DNA from: Toensbergia leucococca
Lineage: Eukaryota
Assembly: GCA_022813965.1 (NCBI GenBank)
Contig: JALDZS010000079.1
Span: forward strand, 1 to 64,000
Direction of reading: 5' to 3'
DNA: 64,000 nt
Within the stretch, counting starts at the first letter, position 1, and every line of letters starts with the position of its first letter. The notes under the pieces are model-generated. The model was not told the origin of the DNA. It did not search any database and worked only from the letters and a program-made list of their open reading frames with translations. Positions 11,820-24,305 of the stretch are shown here, piece after piece. Made by a program: the position numbers and the translations under genes.

Positions 11820-13580
11820 TCTTGCTTTCTCTTGAAACCGCCCGTGCCTTATATCTCACATCTTTTGTAGGTAAATTAGGCTCGTACACCTCAATGAATC
11901 CAAGAGGAGTAAGTGATGCGGTGCATTGATCAAGCTTCTACTGGTCGTCAAACCAAATAGCCCTTAAAAATCGTCTAGCAATAAACTCCCCAACATGCAG
12001 ATCCCCAGTCTCAAGCATGCCTCTTTTGATGAAGTACAGCATTGGCACGTTATCCGATGTGACCACTTGTAAGCTCTGGTGGATCACACCGAATCCATGA
12101 GCTTTCTCTTCAAAGTCCTAAAGGGGTTTTCTGTCGAAATGAGCTAAATTAACAGTCTTATTGAAGAAACGTGACGAACGTAGGGCGATGGCTCTTCTTT
12201 GGAATTGGGGCATTCTTCTGGGGAACAGACGTCGACGAGTTCTTTGAAACCGAAGAAGTCTTCGTCAAGGTCTTCGGCGAAATCGCCGCCAACAAATTGG
12301 TCGAGCTTGGAATTGCTCTATCAGCCATGGCAATCGAAGCGTTAGAGATGGATGTAGAAAAGATCAGTGGAAGGTCGGCTTTCCGCTATTCCATAACGTA
12401 CGGATCAATGCGGATTGGATCTTGGACTCGAGTATCTCTTCGGCCGGATTATGCAAGTGAGTATATATATATGGCCATATAGTGGCCCCTGCTAAGATGC
12501 CAAACTCCATGCTTCTGACCAAGCGCATCCAGTCTTTCCCGCTCTGCGTCATGATCTATATGACGCTCATCGATGCTTTGCAGCAGTGGAAGAGGAGGGT
12601 GCAGGCTGTTGTTTTTACACCTACGCCAGGGAAGCTGATCAGTGTATTGAATATGTCGTCCGTCCGGATAGCATGGAGGCAGTCTAAAGAAGGGACAAGC
12701 TCATCCGATCCGGAGAGCATGAAGATAGCCCAACGAAAGAATGTGCTCATCCAGGAGGCATGGAGGTAGTCCAGCGAAAGAACGTGCTCATCCGCTCGAG
12801 CTATTTCTACCTCCTTTTAAGTTCTCTGCAAGACGTGTTCGAATAGCGTCTGAAGAGACTTTCAGAAGATCCGCTGCCCTTTTTGATGACCAGGGCCATG
12901 TCACTGCAACCTTGACAAAGACCACGAGCGAGATGCCGTTCTTGTCGACTTTATTCATGAGTTTCATTGATGGGAAATTCTTCTGAGGATCTCTCCATCT
13001 CTTCTGGAGTATCAGACTGGTGGGAAGGGAGAACGCTTGCAAGATCCGCTTCAGTTGTATCGCATGTAGTATACTATTTTGCGTATTGCTCTACATGTGT
13101 CAACCATGAGACTTTTGCGCGCCTCTAATTGCGTTAGGCTGGCTTTTCCACAACCTTTCTCCTCGTCGCAATGGCGATGCACGTTCTCTTTCCCTATGGA
13201 GATACAAACGAGTGCTGTGGATTTCAGTACGCCAGAGTGATCGTTTGATGCCATGAGCTTCGGACGCGAGGATTGGCCACTCCTCGGGAATTGGCAGCAT
13301 AGGGAGCCATGACTTTGCGTACAAGATAGTCAAGAGTTCAACGGCGTCAGCAGCCATATATTGCATATTAAACAATGCTAGAGGGTTGAAAATCTGCGCT
13401 GGCAGGGAATGATCGCTATCCCCGAGGTCTTTGTCAACAAAATCTGTCCGGGTTTTCTTGACTAAACCAATCGAGAGCTATGATAGTTTGATGTAGCTCG
13501 GACAGTATGTGTCGTTGAATTGCTTGGGGAATAGCACATATGTGCATCTTCCACATTTGGGGCACATGAGGCCCCTCTAG
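11820..13580 (-). pseudogene. Chimeric pseudogene copy B: AlkB-like Cys motif/middle region + HhH-GPD glycosylase fragment + unidentified domain
   Basis: RGLMCPKCGRC (~13545-13575). KEVEIARADEHVLSLDYLHA...DDIFNTLISFPGVGVKTTACTLLF (12556-12816) is a clear HhH motif. VPMLYFIKRGML...FIEVYE lies at ~11850-12050. Interrupted by stops and frameshifts. Confidence 0.7.
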
Positions 13581-13839
13581 CGGCTTGAGTACCTAGCCCG
13601 CGTTGAGATTGAGTGCCTGCGAGGAGGACGGCGGTGGAGCTTGTGCTTGAGCCGTTTTCGGCACTTGCGATTGGAGAGAGCGAGGTAGGGATAGCAGCGG
13701 CTTCGGAAGCTAGGTTGCACTGGGATTGAGTGCCTGAAGTGAGGGCGGTGGTGATATTGTGCTCTTGGGTGGGCTACCGTTCTAACCGATGGTAACCTCT
13801 GATATTGGCTTCTGATCTCGTTCATTGTGTTGGCCGCTA

Positions 13840-14230
13840 TCAAAAAAGATGTCGAGAATCGGAGAAAGCGAGAGGCTGCTTCTTCTTCTTCTCCTGCTGC
13901 TGTTGCTGCTTCTCCGCTCTAAGTGTCGGTATGGAGTAAAACAATCGATCTTTCAGAGATCGGTATCGTTCTCGGGTTGCGGCTTCGACACGCGGCATTT
14001 TTGACATTGGAGTGACCTCAACAGGAAAGCGGTTGCCTTGGTTCGCCCAATCATCTCTGGCGGTGGAAGGTGATGTGATGGCTTGGATGCGGCTAAAAGA
14101 TACAATTTTCGTCGTCAAAATCTGAGATCAATAACAAGGGGAATTCAGGATAAGTACCTTCGAGCTGTAAGAACTGCAATCTACACATTTGGGGCACATG
14201 GATCCCCTCGGATTAATTCTGCCCCTTTCT
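13840..14230 (-). pseudogene. Paralogous AlkB-like N-terminal fragment
   Basis: MPRVEAATRERYRSLKDRLFYSIPT..QQQQQ, clearly similar at the DNA level to ~14770-14890. Also RGSMCPKCVDC (~14175-14210). Confidence 0.45.
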
Positions 14231-14422
14231 TTCAGGTTTGATCTGGACTTCCGCCACGGCGCAAATTGTTGCTTTCGCCGTGCATGACATAGGCCTTGGT
14301 TGTATGAAAGATCTGAGTACATGCAGAGCATGAATATGTCTCAAGCTTTAAAGGTCTGAGAGACTTAACAGTCTTTATTCGAATTTTAGGGGCGGAAAGG
14401 GCGTTTGATCACATCCCCATTG

Positions 14423-15174
14423 TCATCTTTGTCCTGGAGTCCCTCCTCTTTCTCTTATTCTCCCTTCGTTCCGCGAGCGTATGAACGACGTTGCGATTTT
14501 AATATCCTCCCAGCACATGTGACAGATTTCTCCTCTCGCTGCCTCCTGCTCAATTGGATACCAGTGTATCATGGCGTTGAAATTTTTCATATCTTCCGAA
14601 ATCGCGTGTACGAAGGAGAGGCGCTCACCCGTCATATGGGGAGACAGCATGTTCTAGAAGTCGTGATCGCAGCAACATAACATCTAATGTTCTAACCAGT
14701 CCTGGCCTCCAGTTTGAGCTTCCGCATCTCATTGATTCTATTGATCGGTGTCGAGGAAGATATCGAGCAAGCGAGAGGCCGTTTTGCTGTTGCTGCTGCT
14801 TCTTCGATCTTGGTGTCGGTATGGAGTAAAATAACCGATCTGTCAGGGATCGGTGTCGTCCTCGGATTACGGCTTCGAGACGCGGCATTCCTAGAGGTGG
14901 TCGCGTTGGCTTGACGATTCCAATCTGATGGAGAGCGGCCTCTAGAGTCGGGGCAGGAAGTCGTGAAGTGAGAAAGCTCGTGCCCTCGAACAGCCGCGAC
15001 ACTGCCTGCCTTGGTATCGAGCCGAAGTCCTATTTCAAGGCAGGCTAGATCGGCGAAGAAGAAGTCCCTGAATGGAGTCATAAGCGCCAGGTTCTTTCTG
15101 ACACATCTCTCTAGGAAATGGCTTTGGGAGTGGAGGTAATACGTGGAATGGAGGAATATGGGCAAGTACTGCAA
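14423..15174 (-). pseudogene. Paralogous AlkB-like N-terminal fragment
   Basis: KPTRPPLGMPRLEAVIRGRHRSLTDRLFYSIP resembles recalled PxGQPxVWAxxRQxLCETLPY. Also DHDF*N and AARGEICHMC. Contains stops. Confidence 0.45.
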
Positions 15175-15759
15175 TCGGCAGTGGCATGAAAAGTGGCTCT
15201 ATTGAAAATGGTCGTGTGAGGACTTCTCTGTCCTGACCTACTTATATGGACTAAAGCGGATCAGTGAACCTGACGAAATCTAAATTCCACGCCAAAGCAC
15301 AGATAGGTATTTCAAGATAGCGTGTAAGGACAGAAGAAGCTCTTACCAGTGGAAATTGTGGTCTCGCTCTCATCTTCGGAACTATCGGTTCCATCTTCAT
15401 TCTGATTCTCTAACTTTTCTTTTAATTGCCCTTCCTGATTAATTCTCCCGCTGGCCCTTTTCAATCATTATCGTCGATATGGCTCTCTGTCTTTGTGTTG
15501 ACAAGAACCACGCTTTCTGTTCCTCCTCGGGTGAAGGACTTCAATCTGCGATAGGCAATTGAGGGATGAAACAAATGATTGAGTTGCAGGTTCCATGACT
15601 CGTTCCGTGCCGGTATTCTATTGGGCGCAGATCCCCTTCGAACTATTGCAGAAATGCGTGGAAAGTTCATAGCTTCGACTGCCTCCACCAGCCAAATCTT
15701 TTCTCATAGTCAAGCCTATTTTCTGCCCTGTTACAAATACTGGGCTAGCCACATTTTCG

Positions 15760-16200
15760 AGAGCGCCTTGCCATCTGATGGTTTCCATCCATTGACGGCT
15801 TTGGTCAGACCTTGAACTCCAGCACCTGGTACCGTACTTTGAAGTTTCAGAAGTGGATGTCTCGTACTGGGTTTATGGCGCCGATGAACCTTATGCATGC
15901 GATTCGGCAGGCGGTCATCCCTTCGTAGATGATGATGCTGCGACACTGCTCGAGGATGTCTTCGGTGGCGCTGATAAAGATGCCGGCCTTCTCTCACTGG
16001 TACGTACACTATGGCTCCAAAAAAAATACTGGATCGATAGAGATGATAGTGCTGGTGGCGTCGCTCACCTCTTCGGTGTAATAGCCGAGCATGTTCGTAC
16101 AGGGTGTGTGGGCCAAAGAGTAGCAAAAGTCGTTGCAGTATGAGTTGGCGAAGGAAGACATGGTGCTTGTGGTGGATGAAGTCGATGAATAGGGGGCATC
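15760..16200 (+). pseudogene. Paralogous AlkB-like N-terminal (SRA-like) fragment
   Basis: PSDGFHPLTALVRP / ELQHLVPYF...WVYG...CDSAGGHPFVDDD and LQYELAKED / LWW are collinear with recalled ELCETLPYF..GFVYGFL.D....FIDDE and RYRFEKL..SWW. Frameshifted. Confidence 0.45.
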
Positions 16201-16829
16201 CGGTTGGCCCCAGAGACACGTGGTACGTAGTTCGAGAAACCTACTCGGAATCGGCTGGTCTCTCCCTCTGGGCTAATATCTCTAGCCCGAGGATGGAGAA
16301 GAGGGCTTGAAAAAACGAGCGAAGCTCATCGCTGCTAAAGAGCTATAAGGGAAAAAAATGGAGGAAACACGATCGACGAGGTATAGCATTCGGAGAGAAG
16401 GATGCTGGTAAGAGCGGACTCATGCTATCAGTGCACCGAGTCCGAGATGCCATTACTTAAAGGACCGAGCGAGAGCAAATCCGAACACATAGTAGTGAGG
16501 TGGAGTGTCTTGACTCCTCGGGCTGTCTGAACGTCTGTAAAGTGGCCCAGATCAGCTGATATTCTATAGCACAAGAAAGCGTTCAATTACCCAAAGATCT
16601 TGTGACGCAGTTCGGGTGTCAGCTTCATGAGCCGGGATCTTTCCCGGTTGAGCTTGAACTTTGGAAGAAGGCTGTTCGTGGTATCGTAAGGCTGCAACTC
16701 GATATGCTGTCGACGATTCGACTTTCGGTATGGATCCATTGCCCGAGTCGTTCTCGATTCTCGGAGTCTCGTTATTGTTGCTGGAATGAATCGTTCCAGT
16801 AGGAGCTCTCGCTACCGTTGATCGATAGG

Positions 16830-16900
16830 GGAACAACTTCATGCATTACGACGAGGTCTCCGTGGCCGAGGACCATCTTGACAGCCACATGTGCCCAAGA
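16830..16900 (-). pseudogene. Short AlkB-like fragment
   Basis: VKMVLGHGDLVVMH(E)VVP matches the AlkB/2OG_FeII_Oxy_2 'LxHGDxxVM' strand motif. The segment that should follow appears deleted. Confidence 0.55.
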
Positions 16901-17643
16901 TGGAGACGTTGGGGAATGTTGTCTTGGTCCACGTCTGTCCATTATACCAGATGGGGGTCGAAAGAGGAAAGAGTTGCAAGAGGACAGACTCAAAAGAGGA
17001 TAAAGCCATAGTAAGGCCAAGTATATAATGAAAGGAGCGGACTGAACATTGAGCAGGAGAAGTACATAGCTGGAGTAGTATATAGTAGATGGAGGACTGA
17101 CTCAAAGGAGGAAGGAGTATATAGAATGGCTCGAGATGATTGGAGTTGGATGTCAAAGTGGAGAGAAAGTAAAAGCAAAAGTGAGAGGAGAAGCTGAGGT
17201 TTATATCACCCCGGATCCCAATAGTTTTCGGAGAATGAATGGCCATTCTATTCATTCAGGGCAGTCAACGCGGCTATGAATTAGGGCTTTGCAGTGAGCG
17301 CGCTAATCGCGCTTCACTCAGCCAATCAGATCAGCTCCACGTGATCGTGAATCGTAGGGCTTAGCGATTCACCCACGCAGCCTTACAATTCATGACATTC
17401 GTTCGTAGCCGGGCGTTCCATTGAGTGCCGCTGTTGCCGGCTTTGTGATGACGCTGTTGACTTGTGAGAAGTTTGAAGGTAGTGAGATTAGATCCATTGT
17501 GTACTTGGGGTTCTGTTACAGGAGGGTTTGGACGTAGGAGAGCATGTAGAATGCCGCTACTGATTTAGTAGGCATGATCAGGAGCACAAGGTGGAAGTAC
17601 ACTGTGTGATGGATTTATAGTCTATATTCAATCTACCTCAACA

Positions 17644-19639
<1,996 letters not shown>

Positions 19640-20774
19640 TTCCAGCGGCTGATAGCTTTCAAATCAGGGTATGAGCTATCCAGTGTCCCCAACAACACCG
19701 ATTGAGACTTTCCAAGAAGAAAGCTAAGCTAAGGTCATTTTATGGAGCACTTATATGGGGTCGTCGGGTCTTTCCCTTAATTCTCCCCGACCAATCCTTC
19801 GACTAGAACAAACCTCTTTCAATCCTAGAATCGCATGTCCTTCATGAGAGCATCAAAGAGCCATTGGCTCTATCTGATTGCATCTTATCTACCCACGTAA
19901 AGCAAGTTGATATCTTGCAGGGTACAATCCTTGACGGACCATGTCCCCAGAGACTACATCTTCGGACTGCCATTACACAGGAAAATCTTTGCGGAATCAA
20001 ATAGACAGCAGAACTCACCAGCGGTAGCGTGTTGAGATGATTGCTTTCCTATGCCTAAATTGCTACAACGCCGAGTATGGAAATGATACTACACCTTGAA
20101 TTTTCTATCGCGACAGCATCTCGACAGCACTTCTCAAAGAGCATTGGTGACTACGTTGGAAAGTTCAAATTCAAAACCCCATTGGGCCATAACGCCAACG
20201 GTCCGTTGGAGATGCATGAGAGGATCACGGGGACGGGAATGAGTCAAGCCGAGACAGAGGGAAAGCGTCAACGATAGATAGTTCGGAGAAGGAGAAGGAG
20301 AAGGACTGAGCTCTTTGATCGGACCGCGTGGGCTTCGGACCGAGCTTTATCGGTCCTATTATTCTTCGAATCTCTTTACCAATTCGACAATCATGCAGAA
20401 GCGCGTCAAAAGGATTATAGCAGCTGCAATGCATCCACGCACCTGCCATGCATCCACCGCTGGAGCCCTACTACTCGCCAGGACCTTCCTTGCGCCATTC
20501 TTCTAGCTCGCAGATCGCTATGTGATCATGATCGACCTGCATCATGTTCTCCCTTGGTTGAGTCTGAGCCTCCAAAGCCCCAAGGGGCTTCTTACAATAG
20601 TAATTGTCTCTGATCTCGGAAGAAAGCTTGCATTATACCTCTTGTGCGGAATGACGGCCGGGTCTGATTTGCCGTGCATGTACCCAACGTCCAAAGGTTT
20701 GATGATCCTTGAGAATCTGCGTCTTTGCAGCTATCAGAGATGCAGCCAACCACAGTGATTGCCTCGAGTCATCT

Positions 20775-20788
20775 CGGACGACTGCCGG
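20775..20788. promoter_or_regulatory. CGG-N8-CGG candidate Zn2Cys6 (AmyR-type) site in the divergent glucosidase/MFS promoter
   Basis: Sequence CGGACGACTGCCGG. Further CGG-triplet clusters lie at ~20320-20356 and ~20647-20661. The motif is short and could be chance. Confidence 0.25.
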
Positions 20789-21150
20789 ACTCGACCGCCG
20801 CATGACCTTGAAATCAAATTTCAAATGGGTCTTTGAGACGACTACCTACAGCTGATTGTACTCTACGTTCGGGTGTGGTGGGATTGGTGCACAATAGTCT
20901 TTTAATTGGACCGAAGTCAGGAATGTATTGGCAACTTCTCGGTATAGCAAGCAGATCGCGTATGTCATGCATATAAACTTTCCTTTCCTTCTTTTGGTGT
21001 TTTGATTCTCTTGTCTTTGAACGTCTTCCTGCTTCTACCTTGCAGCCAAAATCCTTGCCCTAACAGAGGAAAAGTAAATCTCCTTACTCTTGACAATATC
21101 CTCATCCATATTCATCACTTACTCATACTCTTGTGTGCCTGCTAATCGAT

Positions 21151-22896
21151 ATGAGCGAAACAACCAAATATACTCCGCCGCTAGCCCGTAAACCCACCCT
21201 CTCAGTCGTGCCAATGAAGTCCGGAGAAGTCATCTTATCCGACACATCGACAATTAGTTCCGACGAGAAGCTTCATCTCAACCTGGATCCCATCGATATA
21301 GCGGCCGAGAAGAAACTGCTCTGGAAATGTGACCTTCATGTCTTGCCGATGATCTCGTTGCTCTACTTGCTAGCATTCATCGATCGAATAAATATCGGCA
21401 ACGCACGCATCCAAGGCTTAGAGAAAGACCTCCATATGAAAGGCCAGGACTACAACATCGCTCTCTTTGTCTTTTTCATCCCATACATTGTCTTCGAAAT
21501 ACCTAGCAATTTACTACTCAGGAAGCTGGCTCCCTCAACGTGGTTAAGCTTCCTCATGTTTGGCTGGGGTATGTTCCCTTTTCTATTTATGTACTATCAA
21601 CTTTTACTCAAGCTACCCATTTTCAGGTATCATCACAATCTGCATGGGGGTGACTCAAAGCTATGCTGGTCTTGTGGTATGCCGGTTCTTCCTCGGGCTC
21701 TTTGAAGCAGGCTTTCTTCCCGGTAAGATTTCAGATCAGCTACGATCAGAAGTTCCTAATCAAACCCAGGCTCCATCTACCTAATTTCAATGTATTACAA
21801 GCGTTACGAGCTCCAGTGGAGATTCAGTCTGTTCTATTGCACCAGTATTTTGTCTGGTGCCTTTGGCGGAGTAGGTTCTCTCCTTTCTTGCTTTTGTGGA
21901 TTCCAAGCCTTACCGAAGATAGCTTCTCGCCTATGCTGTGGCGAAAATGGCAGGTATCGGAGGTTACAACGGATGGCGCTGGATCTTCATCATTGAAGGT
22001 CTAGTGACCGTCGTCGTTGCGGCGTGCTCCAAGTTCTTCGTCGTCGATTGGCCGGAAACTTCCTCCTTCTTGAATCCCAAAGAGCGTCAATTGCTTCTTC
22101 GCCGTCTTCGAATTGACGCCTCGGAAGCAGTAATGGATCGCCTAGACAAGAAAGCTAAAGGCCGCATCTTCGCGGACTGGAAGATTTATGTCGGGTATGT
22201 TCTACGGGGCTGTGCAAACCCTCAGCGGCGAATATTGATTTCGTTTCTTACAGCGCTCTCATGTACTTGGGTGTTGTCAATACCGGTTACTCGACCTCGT
22301 TCTTCACTCCTACGATCCTCAAAGAGCTGGGTTGGACCTCAGTCCATGCCCAAGTGCTCTCGATCCCTATTTACATTGTTGCCTGCGTGGTTGCCCTTAT
22401 TACTGCGGTCCTTACTGATCGCATGCGCCATCGATATGCCTTTATTATGACTGGTATCATTGTCGCCACAGTTGGCTACGTGATTCTACTGGCGCAAAAA
22501 GGTGTTGGCGTAAAGGTAAGGTATCTGGCTCTCTATTTAGTGATGGCAGGGGGTTATATCACTCAGCCGGTTACGCTAGTCTGGCTGAACAACAACCTGG
22601 GTGGTCACTATAAGAGAAGTATCGGTAGTGCGGTGCAGGTCGGGCTAGGCAATTGCGGAGGCATCATAGCAAGCAACATTTACATCACCACGCAAGCACC
22701 AACGTACGTGATTGGATACGGAGTTTCGGTAGGCCTACTTTGGCTTTGTGGATTGGCTAGCACAGCGTTCTTCATCGGTATGAGATTGGAAAATCGAAAG
22801 AGAGACAGAGGTGAGAGAGACGATAGGTACGATTTGCCGAGAGAGGAGTTGGAGAACCTTGGAGACGACCATCCGAGGTTCAGGTATACGTGCTAG
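21151..22896 (+). CDS. MFS transporter, anion:cation symporter (Tna1/Dal5-like) family, spliced
   Basis: EKKLLWKCDLHVLP, AFIDRINIGNARIQGL, FEIPSNLLL, RFFLGLFEAG, GWRWIFIIEGL, NNLGGHYKR, LGDDHPRFRY. Confidence 0.93.
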
Positions 22897-24305
22897 ATTG
22901 GGAATAGGGTTGGTAGATGGTCCTGGGTAGGGTAATCTTTCTCCTTTTTTGAATTGTTTCAGGTGAGAGTTCAAACGGTACTTGTTATTTTCTTGCCAAT
23001 CTTCTAGGACGAGCGCAACTCTGTAAGGTGGTTGATTTTACATTACTTTCGTGTCATCTTCTTTCTTGAAACGATAATTATGTTCACGATACATTTTTCA
23101 GCAACGAGTATACTTGAAATATGATGACCGAGTCCCTCTCCCCAAGCCTGCGAGTTTTTGTTTGCATCCTCCCGTGACTTCCACACGTGGTCCATCTGCT
23201 TCTTTGGATCTCGATCTCAAAGTCCGATATGCGCAGGCCAAGCTGGCATGATTGACTGGATTAAAGCGTCATATTTTGTGTCTCATATATCTTCCTATAA
23301 GCCCAAATACGCTAGAAACCTACGGTGCACGCGACACTCGGCCCCTGCGGTAAATTACATGCATGGCCGGCACCCTTCAATCTACACATCCGATCTCGTC
23401 CCAATCACAGTATATTATCACTTACCATCAGCCGGGTCGAAAACAGCAGGCAATCGGACGTGTAGGGAAGCGCGGATTTTCGGCCAATTGAGATAGGCCG
23501 TTCAATCTAGCGGTGACAAATTATGAGCTAGGAGTGCCACGTTGTGGCGGCGTGTATCCGTACGACGGCGGATGATACGGACATGTACAGGCTGGGCGGT
23601 CTGTTACTTGTCAAATTCATGCTACTATGCTATGACAGTGCACGTTTCATGGAAGAGACTTGACGTATTCCTTGCGAGGAGAAAGTCACAATGGATCGGG
23701 CTCGAACACATGTTGAAAGATGGGATTGAGCAGATGTCGTTGGTCATTCTGTGAGTGGGGAATCACACTACCTAGGTCGGCTTGAAGGTATCCCTGGTCT
23801 CCCTTCCGCTGTCCCACAGACTTACCCGTACATGGTAATCAATCAATCAATCAATCAGAATAATACCCTAATTATCAGATTTAAACATGCAAGAGCGCAA
23901 AATCGTGACTCCGTGCGGAGTAAGAGTAAGGCATGTGAAGTTCTGGTAAAACGCCGGGGTTATCTTCAGTTCAGCCAATCAGCCATATCACATCTCCCCC
24001 CCCCAAACCCCCACACCCCTTCCTGTGACGGCGGAAGGGATAATAAATACCCCGGCGGAAGCATTTCCGTACACGGGACTGATCCGCTCAACCCCACCTT
24101 CGAATCGACGTACTATACTGTTCTTCCACAATGTAGATAAGTCCGGGGGAGACGATGCATCATCTCATCAATAATATCAAGAGAACATCCCCTATGTTCA
24201 ATCTCAAGTCATGGAAATCCACCTTCCTTCGCCTCAGCCCTGAATCTGCAAACAAAATCCCTCTGACCGAAAGAAACATCCATTTCCTCAACTCCCCCAA
24301 ACAAC

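Noticed and set aside
2600..16950. TAG stops rescued by A-to-I RNA editing
   Set aside because: Frameshifts, TAA/TGA stops, deletions and scrambled order are also present. Mutational decay is simpler.
2600..17300. Starship or other giant element
   Set aside because: I could not see a tyrosine-recombinase captain, transposase or bounding direct repeats. It cannot be excluded without comparative data.
17283..17372. Two short hairpins plus CCAAT and CACGTG motifs
   Set aside because: They are too short to separate from chance, and no intact gene is linked to them.
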